Shown: positions 20,935 through 32,094, counted from the first letter of the stretch. The stretch is DNA of 64,000 nt from Escherichia coli (GCF_048403405.1 NZ_CP183129.1), one strand, 5' to 3'. Numbers and translations: made by a program. The notes: generated from the sequence alone by a model not told the origin.

Positions 20935-22275
20935 GTGACTACATTAACGCTTGTTTTAACAGCAGTAGGGTCTGTTTTACTGCTGCTGTTTTTAGTCATG
21001 AAGGCGCGTATGCACGCTTTCCTGGCTTTGATGGTGGTGTCCATGGGGGCTGGCCTTTTTTCCGGTATGCCGCTCGATAAAATCGCAGCGACGATGGAAA
21101 AAGGGATGGGAGGCACCCTCGGCTTCCTGGCGGTGGTTGTCGCCCTGGGAGCTATGTTTGGCAAGATCTTACATGAAACTGGCGCAGTCGATCAGATTGC
21201 CGTCAAAATGCTCAAATCCTTCGGTCACAGCCGCGCGCATTATGCCATCGGCCTTGCGGGGCTGGTCTGTGCGCTACCGCTGTTCTTTGAAGTGGCGATT
21301 GTTCTGCTGATTAGCGTTGCTTTCTCAATGGCGCGCCACACCGGTACGAACCTGGTGAAGCTGGTAATCCCATTATTCGCAGGCGTGGCGGCCGCGGCGG
21401 CATTCCTGGTACCGGGGCCAGCGCCAATGCTGCTGGCATCGCAGATGAATGCCGACTTTGGCTGGATGATCCTGATTGGCCTGTGTGCGGCAATTCCGGG
21501 AATGATTATTGCCGGGCCGCTGTGGGGTAATTTCATCAGCCGCTACGTGGAGTTGCATATTCCTGACGACATCAGCGAACCACATCTCGGTGAAGGCAAA
21601 ATGCCGTCCTTCGGATTCAGCCTGTCGCTGATCCTGTTGCCACTGGTGCTGGTGGGGCTGAAAACCATTGCCGCGCGTTTTGTGCCAGAAGGCTCTACCG
21701 CTTACGAATGGTTCGAGTTTATTGGTCATCCGTTTACCGCGATTCTGGTTGCTTGTCTGGTGGCGATTTACGGCCTGGCGATGCGTCAGGGTATGCCGAA
21801 AGATAAAGTGATGGAAATTTGCGGTCACGCGCTGCAACCGGCGGGGATCATTCTGCTGGTGATTGGTGCAGGCGGCGTGTTCAAACAGGTGCTGGTTGAC
21901 TCTGGCGTAGGTCCGGCACTGGGCGAAGCGTTAACCGGCATGGGCCTGCCGATTGCCATCACCTGCTTCGTGCTGGCCGCTGCAGTGCGCATCATTCAGG
22001 GGTCTGCAACCGTTGCCTGTTTAACGGCGGTGGGACTGGTGATGCCGGTTATTGAACAACTGAACTACTCCGGTGCGCAAATGGCGGCGCTGTCGATTTG
22101 TATCGCCGGTGGTTCGATTGTTGTCAGCCACGTTAACGACGCCGGTTTCTGGTTGTTCGGTAAATTTACCGGCGCGACTGAAGCCGAAACGCTGAAAACC
22201 TGGACCATGATGGAAACCATCCTCGGCACTGTCGGTGCCATCGTTGGGATGATTGCGTTCCAGCTGTTGAGTTAA
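20935..22275 (+). CDS. gntU: Low-affinity gluconate:H+ symporter GntU (GntP family)
   Basis: 446 aa polytopic membrane protein, paralogous to the gntT product at 61054..62370. Confidence 0.92.
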   Translation: MTTLTLVLTAVGSVLLLLFLVMKARMHAFLALMVVSMGAGLFSGMPLDKIAATMEKGMGGTLGFLAVVVALGAMFGKILHETGAVDQIAVKMLKSFGHSRAHYAIGLAGLVCALPLFFEVAIVLLISVAFSMARHTGTNLVKLVIPLFAGVAAAAAFLVPGPAPMLLASQMNADFGWMILIGLCAAIPGMIIAGPLWGNFISRYVELHIPDDISEPHLGEGKMPSFGFSLSLILLPLVLVGLKTIAARFVPEGSTAYEWFEFIGHPFTAILVACLVAIYGLAMRQGMPKDKVMEICGHALQPAGIILLVIGAGGVFKQVLVDSGVGPALGEALTGMGLPIAITCFVLAAAVRIIQGSATVACLTAVGLVMPVIEQLNYSGAQMAALSICIAGGSIVVSHVNDAGFWLFGKFTGATEAETLKTWTMMETILGTVGAIVGMIAFQLLS

Positions 22276-22285
22276 TTACTGCGAC

Positions 22286-22315
22286 AAATTACTGCGAGCT
22301 TGCTCGCAGTAATTC
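22286..22315 (+). terminator. Perfect palindrome after gntU (terminator-like, no U-tract)
   Basis: ttactgcgagc-tt-gctcgcagtaa; also a direct repeat of attactgcga (22275-22284 and 22289-22298). Confidence 0.4.
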
Positions 22316-22412
22316 ATTTCTCTTTTCACCTGTCTTCATCTTTTTGATCTTTCTCGCAAAAAGACCGGAACATTATCCGTTCTAATCACTGCGTTAACGG
22401 ACGAGGGAGAAG

Positions 22413-24512
22413 ATGATGGAGAAACACGGAGCTGAATTGCTTTTACAGCGGATGTTAGGAAATACCACCGCTACTTTCAGGGAAGGGCAATGGGAAGCCA
22501 TAGATGCAGTGGTTAATCAGCGGCGAAAACTGCTGGTTGTACAGCGCACCGGCTGGGGGAAAAGTGCCGTGTACTTCATCGCCAGTAAAATCTTCCGAGA
22601 TCGCGGCGCTGGCCCGACAATTATCATCTCTCCTTTGCTTGCCCTGATGCGTAACCAGGTTGCCGCCGCTGAACGGTTAGGTATTACGGCTGAAACGTTG
22701 AATTCTACAAACAGGGAAGAATGGCAGCGCATTAGCGATAAGTTGCTGCAAGGTGAGGTCGATTGCTTGCTGGTTTCCCCGGAACGTTTGGCAAACCAGG
22801 ACTTTATCGAAACGGTTTTGTATCCTATAGCCGATCGTATTGGCTTGCTTGTTGTCGACGAGGCGCACTGCATCTCTGATTGGGGCCACGATTTTCGCCC
22901 GGATTACCGACGTATATTAGATATTTTGCGCCAACTGCCTGCGAATACCCCTGTTCTGGGTACAACCGCGACAGCGAATAACCGTGTTGTTGAGGATATC
23001 CGTCAGCAATTGGGTGACATTGTGATTCAGCGTGGAACGCTGGCTCGCGAAAGTTTGGCGCTTGATGCCTTAGTCTTAGGAGAACAGTCATCCCGTCTGG
23101 CATGGTTAGCAACGGTTATCCCTCAGTTTTCCAAATCGGGAATTGTTTATACCCTGACGACTCGCGATGCTGAACTTGTCGCCGAGTGGTTAAGGAAAAA
23201 TGGTATCAGTGCATTTGCTTACTACAGCGGCGTGACTTGTGAAGGCGCGGAAGATTCTAATACTGCCAGGGAATATCTGGAGCAGGCACTGCTGGCAAAT
23301 AAAATCAAAGTGCTGGTCGCGACGACGGCATTAGGTATGGGGTTTGATAAACCTGATTTAGGTTTCGTCATTCATTATCAGATGCCGGGGTCTATTGTCG
23401 GTTACTACCAACAGGTGGGGCGTGCCGGGCGTGCTATAGATTCCGCAGTTGGCATATTGCTTTGTGGTGGTGAAGACCGCGCTATTCATCAATTCTTCCG
23501 TGAAAGCGCCTTTCCTGCGGAGGCGCAAATTCATGAAATACTCAACGTACTTAGCGAGAATGACGGTCTTACCCTACGAGGCATTGAACAACGGACGAAT
23601 CTTCGTTATGGGCAAATAGAAAAAGCACTGAAATTATTGGTAGCGGAAAATCCATCGCCTGTGGTGTATACCGAGAAATTATGGCGCAGAACTATCGTCA
23701 GTTTTTCTCCTGATCATGAACGAATTAACCATTTGATGAATCAGAGAAAAAGTGAGCTGGCAGACGTTGAAAGCTATATCACGACCAAGGAGTGCAAAAT
23801 GCAATTTCTGCGCCGTGCACTCGATGAGCCAAGTGCCGAACGTTGTGGTAAATGTAGTAGTTGTCTTCAGCATCCGTTATTGTCGCCCGACATTGATAGC
23901 GGCTTACTCCATGCGGCAAATTTATTTATTAAACACGCTGACCTGCCGTTAAATCTCAATAAACAGGTGGCAGCTGGGGCTTTTACGCAATACGGATTTA
24001 AAGGGAACTTGCCTGCGGGTTTACAAGGATCTACGGGGCGAATCCTTTCTCGTTGGGGAGATTCCGGGTGGGGAAAGCAGGTAGCACAGGAGAAAAAAAC
24101 GGGGCGCTTCAGTGATGAGCTGGTAGAAGCATGTGCGGAAATGGTTCGCCAACGCTGGAATCCGCATCCTGAACCAACCTGGGTATGCTGCGTTCCTTCA
24201 TTAAGACACCTCGACCTGGTTCCTGATTTTGCCCGGCGACTGGCGGCGAAACTTGGCTTACCTTTTATTGATGCCATTGAAAAAGTCGTGGACAATCCAC
24301 CGCAGAAAATGCAGCAAAACCGTTTTCACCAGTGTCAAAATCTCGACGGGGCGTTTGTGATTACCCCTCCTTTGATGCCAGGTCCGGCGTTGCTGGTTGA
24401 CGATATCGTGGATTCTGCATGGACGCTGACAGTTCTGACAGCACTGTTACGCCAGGCAGGTTGCCCGACGGTTTATCCTCTTGCCCTTGCTTCTACCTCG
24501 GTAAAAAATTGA
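22413..24512 (+). CDS. RecQ-family DNA helicase with C-terminal PRTase-like extension (699 aa); candidate toxin/effector of a PsyrTA/RqlHI-like module
   Basis: Motif 0 FREGQWEAI, Walker A TGWGKS, DEAH box VVDEAHCISDWGHDFRPDY, LGTTATA, HYQMPGSIVGYYQQVGRAGR; Zn-binding Cys cluster CKMQFLRRALDEPSAERCGKCSSC; C-terminal LLVDDIVDSAWTLTVL resembles a degenerate PRPP-binding loop. RBS GAGGGAGAAG before ATG. Not present at this locus in K-12. Confidence 0.85.
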   Translation: MMEKHGAELLLQRMLGNTTATFREGQWEAIDAVVNQRRKLLVVQRTGWGKSAVYFIASKIFRDRGAGPTIIISPLLALMRNQVAAAERLGITAETLNSTNREEWQRISDKLLQGEVDCLLVSPERLANQDFIETVLYPIADRIGLLVVDEAHCISDWGHDFRPDYRRILDILRQLPANTPVLGTTATANNRVVEDIRQQLGDIVIQRGTLARESLALDALVLGEQSSRLAWLATVIPQFSKSGIVYTLTTRDAELVAEWLRKNGISAFAYYSGVTCEGAEDSNTAREYLEQALLANKIKVLVATTALGMGFDKPDLGFVIHYQMPGSIVGYYQQVGRAGRAIDSAVGILLCGGEDRAIHQFFRESAFPAEAQIHEILNVLSENDGLTLRGIEQRTNLRYGQIEKALKLLVAENPSPVVYTEKLWRRTIVSFSPDHERINHLMNQRKSELADVESYITTKECKMQFLRRALDEPSAERCGKCSSCLQHPLLSPDIDSGLLHAANLFIKHADLPLNLNKQVAAGAFTQYGFKGNLPAGLQGSTGRILSRWGDSGWGKQVAQEKKTGRFSDELVEACAEMVRQRWNPHPEPTWVCCVPSLRHLDLVPDFARRLAAKLGLPFIDAIEKVVDNPPQKMQQNRFHQCQNLDGAFVITPPLMPGPALLVDDIVDSAWTLTVLTALLRQAGCPTVYPLALASTSVKN

Positions 24513-25714
24513 TGAATCTTTCAGCCAATGCACAAGCAACCCTCCTGCTAACCAGCGATTTTTCTCGCGCGGCGGCGAGTGAGTATAAACCTCTTAGTAA
24601 TAGTGAATGGGGGAAGTTTGCATTATGGCTGAAGCACCAACGTATCAGTCCCGCCGATCTTCTGGTGCCGCAACCGCAAGAGAAACTTACAGGCTGGAGC
24701 GATCCGCGTATTTCTCAGGAGCGTATTCTTGGCTTGCTGGCGCGTGGTCATAGTCTGGCGTTGGCGGTAGATAAGTGGCAACGCGCCGGATTATGGATCT
24801 TAACCCGCGGAGATGCCGATTATCCCGTTCGCTTGAAAAACCGATTGCGAACGGATGCTCCTCCCGTTTTATTTGGCTGCGGGAATAAAGCATTATTGCA
24901 AGCGGAAGGTATGGCGATTGTTGGCTCGCGAGATGCTCCGACTGCCGATTTGCGCTATACCCAACAACTGGCAGCGAAACTGGCCCAACAGGGGATTTGC
25001 GTTATCTCTGGTGGTGCGCGAGGTATTGATGAATGTGCAATGGCGTCGGCACTGGAGGCCGGGGGAACTGCCGTTGGCGTATTAGCTGATAGTTTGTTAA
25101 AAACAAGCACGTTAGTGAAATGGCGTAAAGGGCTTATAGCAGGCAACCTGGTGTTGATTTCACCGTTTTACCCAGAGGTACGTTTCACTGTCGGCAATGC
25201 GATGGCGCGGAATAAATATATTTATTGCCTTGCTGAAAGCGCAATGGTTGTACGTGCGGGAATGACCGGTGGAACGATAACCGGAGCGATGGAGGCGTTA
25301 AAACATCAGTGGCTGCCTGTTCTGGTTAAACCAAATCAGGATGTGCAATCAGCCAATTCACGTTTAGTAGAAAATGGGGCGTCATGGAGTGCTGAACAGG
25401 CTGAGAATGTGACGATCAGACTGCCAGATGTTCCTGGGCTGATGTATGACAGAGCACTCCGTAACGCTCAACCAGAATTGTTTTCGCTGCACGAAGATGA
25501 CGCAAATTACGCAGTAATGCCCGCGCATACCCCTGTCGATTTTTATCAACTCTTTGTGGCGGAACTGGCGATCCTTGCAAAGGAATCGATAAGTATTGAA
25601 AGGCTGGCGTCTTGTACTGGTTTAACCATCGAACAAATTAGTGTGTGGCTGAACCGCGCAGAAGAAGAGGGAAGGGTTATCCGATTGGGCGAAGGTCATT
25701 ATCAGTTCAGGTAA
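24512..25714 (+). CDS. DprA/Smf-like (SLOG-superfamily) protein (400 aa); candidate antitoxin/partner
   Basis: ORF 24419..25714; ATG at 24512 (MNLSANAQ...) overlaps the helicase TGA by 1 nt. DprA hallmarks: DADYPVRLKNRLRTDAPPVLFGCGNKALL, Rossmann segment IVGSRDAPT...ISGGARGIDECAM, C-terminal winged-helix-like region. Confidence 0.85.
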   Translation: MNLSANAQATLLLTSDFSRAAASEYKPLSNSEWGKFALWLKHQRISPADLLVPQPQEKLTGWSDPRISQERILGLLARGHSLALAVDKWQRAGLWILTRGDADYPVRLKNRLRTDAPPVLFGCGNKALLQAEGMAIVGSRDAPTADLRYTQQLAAKLAQQGICVISGGARGIDECAMASALEAGGTAVGVLADSLLKTSTLVKWRKGLIAGNLVLISPFYPEVRFTVGNAMARNKYIYCLAESAMVVRAGMTGGTITGAMEALKHQWLPVLVKPNQDVQSANSRLVENGASWSAEQAENVTIRLPDVPGLMYDRALRNAQPELFSLHEDDANYAVMPAHTPVDFYQLFVAELAILAKESISIERLASCTGLTIEQISVWLNRAEEEGRVIRLGEGHYQFR

Positions 25715-25716
25715 TA

Positions 25717-25754
25717 AAACAGGTGCCGCGTCTGGTTGTGTGCAGCACCTGTTT
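25717..25754. terminator. Hairpin between the convergent DprA-like gene and yhgN
   Basis: aaacaggtgc-(loop)-gcacctgttt inverted repeat. Confidence 0.45.
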
Positions 25755-25759
25755 GAACC

Positions 25760-26353
25760 TTACCCCTTCATCCACATTCGAATCCCGTCGAGGAACATCT
25801 GGGTTGCCATCATCACCAGAATCAATCCCATCAGGCGTTCAAGTGCATTCACCCCTTTCTCGCCCAGCAGACGTAAAAATAGCGAAGACTGTAGCAGGAT
25901 GACAAAGGTGCCGCCCCAGGCCAGTAGCAGAGCAATTACCAGATGTCCCATCTGATTCGGGTACTGATGAGACAACAACATCAGCGTGGCGAGAATAGTC
26001 GGCCCGGCGACTAACGGAATTGCCAACGGCACGATAAACGGCTCTTCACCTGCCGGAAGCCCGCTGCTATTTCCTGAAGCACTGGGGAAAATCATCTTAA
26101 TGGCGATCAGAAACAGAATGATGCCGCCAGAAATGGAGACGGTTTCTGCCCGCAGGCTAAGAAATGCCAGAATTTTCTCACCCGCAAACAGGAACACCAG
26201 CATCACCAGGAGAGCAATAAGCAACTCTCGCACCATGATTGCCCGCCGTCTTTTCGGTTCAGTATGTTTCAGTACGGACATGAAAATAGGTAGGTTTCCG
26301 AGCGGATCCATAATCAGGATCAATAAAACTGCTGCAGAAATGATTTCATTCAT
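25760..26353 (-). CDS. yhgN: MarC-family inner membrane protein YhgN
   Basis: 197 aa hydrophobic protein MNEIISAAVLLILIMDPLGNLPIFMSVL... Confidence 0.88.
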   Translation of the reverse strand: MNEIISAAVLLILIMDPLGNLPIFMSVLKHTEPKRRRAIMVRELLIALLVMLVFLFAGEKILAFLSLRAETVSISGGIILFLIAIKMIFPSASGNSSGLPAGEEPFIVPLAIPLVAGPTILATLMLLSHQYPNQMGHLVIALLLAWGGTFVILLQSSLFLRLLGEKGVNALERLMGLILVMMATQMFLDGIRMWMKG

Positions 26354-26544
26354 AACTCAAATTCCCTGATAATTGCCGCGGACTTTCTGCGTGCTAACAA
26401 AGCAGGATAAGTCGCATTACTGATGGCTTCGCTATCATTGATTAATTTCACTTGCGACTTTGGCTGCTTTTTGTATGGTGAAAGATGTGCCAAGAGGAGA
26501 CCGGCACATTTATACAGCACACATCTTTGCAGGAAAAAACGCTT

Positions 26545-27648
26545 ATGAAAAATGTTGGTTTTATCGGCTGGCGCGGTATGGTCGGCTCCGTTCTCATGCA
26601 ACGCATGGTTGAAGAGCGCGACTTCGACGCCATTCGCCCTGTCTTCTTTTCTACTTCTCAGCTTGGTCAGGCTGCGCCGTCTTTTGGCGGAACCACTGGC
26701 ACACTTCAGGATGCCTTTGATCTGGAGGCGCTAAAGGCCCTCGATATCATTGTGACCTGTCAGGGCGGCGATTATACCAACGAAATCTATCCAAAGCTTC
26801 GTGAAAGCGGATGGCAAGGTTACTGGATTGACGCAGCATCGTCTCTGCGCATGAAAGATGACGCCATCATCATTCTTGACCCCGTCAATCAGGACGTCAT
26901 TACCGACGGATTAAATAATGGCATCAGGACTTTTGTTGGCGGTAACTGTACCGTAAGCCTGATGTTGATGTCGTTGGGTGGTTTATTCGCCAATGATCTT
27001 GTTGATTGGGTGTCCGTTGCCACCTACCAGGCCGCTTCCGGCGGTGGTGCGCGACATATGCGTGAGTTATTAACCCAGATGGGCCATCTGTATGGCCATG
27101 TGGCAGATGAACTCGCGACCCCGTCCTCTGCTATTCTCGATATCGAACGCAAAGTCACAACTTTAACCCGTAGCGGTGAGCTGCCGGTGGATAACTTTGG
27201 CGTGCCGCTGGCGGGTAGCCTGATTCCGTGGATCGACAAACAGCTCGATAACGGTCAGAGCCGCGAAGAATGGAAAGGGCAGGCGGAAACCAACAAGATC
27301 CTCAACACATCTTCCGTAATTCCGGTAGATGGTTTATGTGTGCGTGTCGGGGCATTGCGCTGCCACAGCCAGGCATTCACTATTAAATTGAAAAAAGATG
27401 TGTCTATTCCGACCGTGGAAGAACTGCTGGCTGCGCACAATCCGTGGGCGAAAGTCGTTCCGAACGATCGGGAAATCACTATGCGTGAGCTAACCCCAGC
27501 TGCCGTTACCGGCACGCTGACCACGCCGGTAGGCCGCCTGCGTAAGCTGAATATGGGACCAGAGTTCCTGTCAGCCTTTACCGTGGGCGACCAGCTGCTG
27601 TGGGGGGCCGCGGAGCCGCTGCGTCGGATGCTTCGTCAACTGGCGTAA
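26545..27648 (+). CDS. asd: Aspartate-semialdehyde dehydrogenase Asd (367 aa)
   Basis: ORF 26485..27648; start taken at [17 protein letters not shown] (26545); active-site region [11 protein letters not shown]. Confidence 0.93.
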
Positions 27649-27920
27649 TCTTTATTCATTAAATCTGGGGCGCGATGCCGCCCCTGTTAGTGCGTAATAC
27701 AGGAGTAAGCGCAGATGTTTCATGATTTACCGGGAGTTAAATAGAGCATTGGCTATTCTTTAAGGGTGGCTGAATACATGAGTATTCACAGCCTTACCTG
27801 AAGTGAGGACGACGCAGAGAGGATGCACAGAGTGCTGCGCCGTTCAGGTCAAAAAAATGTCACAACCAGAAGTCAAAAATCCAGTTGGATGGGGTGACAC
27901 AATAAAACAGGAAGACAAGC

Positions 27921-30107
27921 ATGTCCGATCGTATCGATAGAGACGTGATTAACGCGCTAATTGCAGGCCATTTTGCGGATCCTTTTTCCGTACTGGGAAT
28001 GCATAAAACCACCGCGGGACTGGAAGTCCGTGCCCTTTTACCCGACGCTACCGATGTGTGGGTGATTGAACCGAAAACCGGGCGCAAACTCGCAAAACTG
28101 GAGTGTCTCGACTCCCGTGGATTCTTTAGCGGTGTCATTCCGCGACGTAAGAATTTTTTCCGCTATCAACTTGCTGTTGTCTGGCATGGTCAGCAAAATC
28201 TGATAGATGATCCTTACCGTTTTGGTCCGCTAATCCAGGAAATGGATGCCTGGCTATTATCTGAAGGTACTCACCTGCGCCCGTATGAAACCTTAGGCGC
28301 GCATGCAGATACTATGGATGGCGTCACAGGTACGCGTTTTTCTGTCTGGGCTCCAAACGCCCGTCGGGTCTCGGTGGTTGGGCAATTCAACTACTGGGAC
28401 GGTCGCCGTCATCCGATGCGCCTGCGTAAAGAGAGCGGCATCTGGGAACTGTTTATCCCTGGGGCGCATAACGGTCAGCTCTATAAATACGAGATGATTG
28501 ATGCCAATGGCAACTTGCGCCTGAAGTCCGACCCTTATGCCTTCGAAGCGCAAATGCGCCCGGAAACAGCGTCTCTTATTTGCGGGCTGCCGGAAAAGGT
28601 TGTGCAGACTGAAGAGCGCAAAAAAGCGAATCAGTTTGATGCGCCAATCTCTATTTATGAAGTTCACCTGGGCTCCTGGCGTCGCCACACCGACAACAAT
28701 TTCTGGTTAAGCTACCGCGAGCTGGCCGATCAACTGGTGCCTTATGCTAAATGGATGGGCTTTACCCACCTCGAACTGCTGCCCATTAACGAGCATCCGT
28801 TCGATGGCAGTTGGGGTTATCAGCCAACCGGCCTGTATGCACCGACCCGCCGTTTTGGTACCCGCGACGACTTCCGTTATTTCATTGATGCCGCACACGC
28901 AGCTGGTCTGAACGTGATTCTCGACTGGGTGCCAGGCCACTTCCCGACCGATGACTTTGCGCTTGCCGAATTTGATGGCACGAACTTGTATGAACACAGC
29001 GATCCGCGCGAAGGCTATCATCAGGACTGGAATACGCTGATCTACAACTATGGTCGCCGTGAAGTCAGTAACTTCCTTGTCGGTAACGCGCTTTACTGGA
29101 TTGAACGTTTTGGTATTGATGCGCTGCGCGTCGATGCGGTGGCGTCAATGATTTATCGCGACTACAGCCGTAAAGAGGGGGAGTGGATCCCGAACGAATT
29201 TGGCGGGCGCGAGAATCTTGAAGCGATTGAATTCTTGCGTAATACCAACCGTATTCTTGGTGAGCAGGTTTCCGGTGCGGTGACAATGGCGGAGGAGTCT
29301 ACCGATTTCCCTGGCGTTTCTCGTCCGCAGGACATGGGCGGTCTGGGCTTCTGGTACAAGTGGAACCTAGGCTGGATGCATGACACCCTGGACTACATGA
29401 AGCTCGACCCGGTTTATCGTCAGTATCATCACGATAAACTGACCTTCGGGATGCTCTACAACTACACTGAAAACTTCGTCCTGCCGTTGTCGCATGATGA
29501 AGTGGTCCACGGTAAAAAATCGATTCTCGACCGGATGCCGGGCGACGCATGGCAGAAATTCGCTAACCTGCGCGCCTACTATGGCTGGATGTGGGCATTC
29601 CCGGGCAAGAAACTGCTGTTCATGGGGAACGAATTTGCCCAGGGCCGCGAGTGGAACCATGACACCAGCCTCGACTGGCATCTGTTGGAAGGCGGCGATA
29701 ACTGGCACCACGGTGTCCAGCGTCTGGTGCGCGATCTGAACCTCACCTACCGCCACCATAAAGCGATGCATGAACTGGATTTTGACCCGTACGGTTTTGA
29801 ATGGCTGGTGGTGGATGACAAAGAACGCTCGGTGCTGATCTTTGTGCGTCGCGATAAAGAGGGTAACGAAATCATCGTTGCCAGTAACTTTACTCCGGTG
29901 CCGCGTCATGATTATCGCTTCGGCATTAACCAGCCGGGCAAATGGCGTGAAATCCTCAATACCGATTCCATGCACTATCACGGCAGTAATGCCGGCAATG
30001 GCGGCACGGTACACAGCGATGAGATTGCCAGCCACGGTCGTCAGCATTCACTAAGCCTGACACTACCACCGCTGGCCACTATCTGGCTGGTTCGGGAGGC
30101 AGAATGA
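27921..30107 (+). CDS. glgB: 1,4-alpha-glucan branching enzyme GlgB
   Basis: 728 aa GH13; [28 protein letters not shown]... Confidence 0.94.
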   Translation: MSDRIDRDVINALIAGHFADPFSVLGMHKTTAGLEVRALLPDATDVWVIEPKTGRKLAKLECLDSRGFFSGVIPRRKNFFRYQLAVVWHGQQNLIDDPYRFGPLIQEMDAWLLSEGTHLRPYETLGAHADTMDGVTGTRFSVWAPNARRVSVVGQFNYWDGRRHPMRLRKESGIWELFIPGAHNGQLYKYEMIDANGNLRLKSDPYAFEAQMRPETASLICGLPEKVVQTEERKKANQFDAPISIYEVHLGSWRRHTDNNFWLSYRELADQLVPYAKWMGFTHLELLPINEHPFDGSWGYQPTGLYAPTRRFGTRDDFRYFIDAAHAAGLNVILDWVPGHFPTDDFALAEFDGTNLYEHSDPREGYHQDWNTLIYNYGRREVSNFLVGNALYWIERFGIDALRVDAVASMIYRDYSRKEGEWIPNEFGGRENLEAIEFLRNTNRILGEQVSGAVTMAEESTDFPGVSRPQDMGGLGFWYKWNLGWMHDTLDYMKLDPVYRQYHHDKLTFGMLYNYTENFVLPLSHDEVVHGKKSILDRMPGDAWQKFANLRAYYGWMWAFPGKKLLFMGNEFAQGREWNHDTSLDWHLLEGGDNWHHGVQRLVRDLNLTYRHHKAMHELDFDPYGFEWLVVDDKERSVLIFVRRDKEGNEIIVASNFTPVPRHDYRFGINQPGKWREILNTDSMHYHGSNAGNGGTVHSDEIASHGRQHSLSLTLPPLATIWLVREAE

Positions 30108-32077
30108 CACAACTCGCCATTGGCAAACCCGCACCCCTCGGCGCGCATTACGACGGTCAGGGCGTCAACTTCACACTTTTCTCCGCTCATGCCGAGCGGG
30201 TAGAACTGTGTGTCTTTGACGCCAATGGCCAGGAACATCGCTATGACTTGCCAGGGCACAGTGGCGACATTTGGCACGGTTATCTGCCGGATGCGCGCCC
30301 GGGTTTGCGTTATGGTTATCGCGTTCATGGCCCCTGGCAACCCGCCGAGGGGCATCGCTTTAACCCGGCGAAGTTGTTGATTGATCCTTGCGCGCGGCAA
30401 ATTGACGGGGAATTTAAAGATAACCCGCTGCTGCACGCCGGTCATAATGAACCTGACTATCGCGACAACGCCGCCATTGCGCCGAAATGCGTAGTGGTGG
30501 TTGATCACTATGACTGGGAGGATGATGCTCCGCCGCGCACGCCGTGGGGCAGTACCATCATTTATGAAGCCCATGTCAAAGGATTAACGTACCTGCATCC
30601 GGAGATCCCGGTCGAGATCCGTGGCACTTATAAAGCCCTGGGGCATCCGGTGATGATCAACTATTTGAAACAGTTGGGCATTACCGCGCTGGAACTGCTG
30701 CCGGTGGCGCAGTTTGCCAGCGAACCACGCCTGCAACGTATGGGTCTAAGTAACTACTGGGGTTATAACCCGGTGGCGATGTTTGCGCTGCATCCGGCGT
30801 ATGCCTGCTCCCCAGAAACGGCACTGGATGAGTTTCGCGATGCAATCAAAGCACTGCATAAAGCGGGTATCGAAGTCATTCTTGATATCGTGCTCAACCA
30901 TAGTGCGGAACTGGACCTCGACGGCCCGTTATTCTCTCTGCGTGGGATCGACAACCGTAGCTATTATTGGATAAGAGAAGACGGCGATTATCACAACTGG
31001 ACCGGTTGTGGCAACACGCTCAATTTGAGTCATCCGGCGGTGGTGGATTATGCCAGCGCCTGCCTGCGTTATTGGGTAGAAACCTGCCACGTCGATGGTT
31101 TCCGCTTTGATCTGGCGGCAGTCATGGGCCGTACGCCAGAGTTCCGTCAGGATGCGCCGTTGTTTACCGCTATCCAGAACTGCCCGGTGCTCTCGCAGGT
31201 GAAGTTAATTGCTGAACCGTGGGATATTGCTCCTGGTGGTTATCAGGTGGGAAATTTCCCGCCGCTGTTTGCCGAGTGGAACGATCATTTCCGCGATGCT
31301 GCCCGTCGTTTCTGGCTTCATTATGATTTGCCTCTGGGGGCGTTTGCCGGGCGTTTTGCTGCCTCCAGCGATGTTTTTAAACGTAATGGTCGTCTGCCGA
31401 GTGCCGCGATTAATCTCGTCACCGCGCATGACGGTTTTACGCTTCGCGACTGCGTTTGCTTCAACCATAAACATAATGAAGCAAACGGAGAAGAAAATCG
31501 CGACGGGACCAACAACAATTACAGTAACAATCATGGTAAAGAAGGGTTAGGCGGTACTCTTGACCTGGTTGAACGGCGTCGCGACAGCATTCACGCCCTG
31601 TTAACAACGTTGTTGCTCTCCCAGGGTACGCCGATGTTACTGGCCGGTGACGAACATGGTCACAGCCAGCATGGCAATAACAATGCCTACTGTCAGGATA
31701 ACCAATTAACCTGGTTGGACTGGTCGCAGGCAAGCAGTGGTTTAACCGCATTTACCGCCGCGTTAATCCATCTGCGCAAGCGCATTCCCGCTTTGGTGGA
31801 GAATCGCTGGTGGGAAGAAGGCGACGGCAATGTCCGTTGGCTAAATCGATATGCTCAACCTTTAAGCACGGATGAGTGGCAAAACGGGCCGAAACAGCTG
31901 CAAATTCTGCTCTCGGATCGCTTTTTGATCGCAATTAACGCCACGCTTGAGGTAACAGAGATTGTTTTACCTGCTGGGGAGTGGCACGCCATTCCCCCAT
32001 TCGCTGGAGAGGATAACCCAGTGATTACGGCTGTCTGGCAGGGACCTGCACACGGATTGTGTGTGTTCCAGAGATGA
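30104..32077 (+). CDS. glgX: Glycogen debranching enzyme GlgX
   Basis: 657 aa GH13; start overlaps the glgB stop. Confidence 0.93.
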
Positions 32078-32094
32078 TAAAAAAGGAGTTAGTC

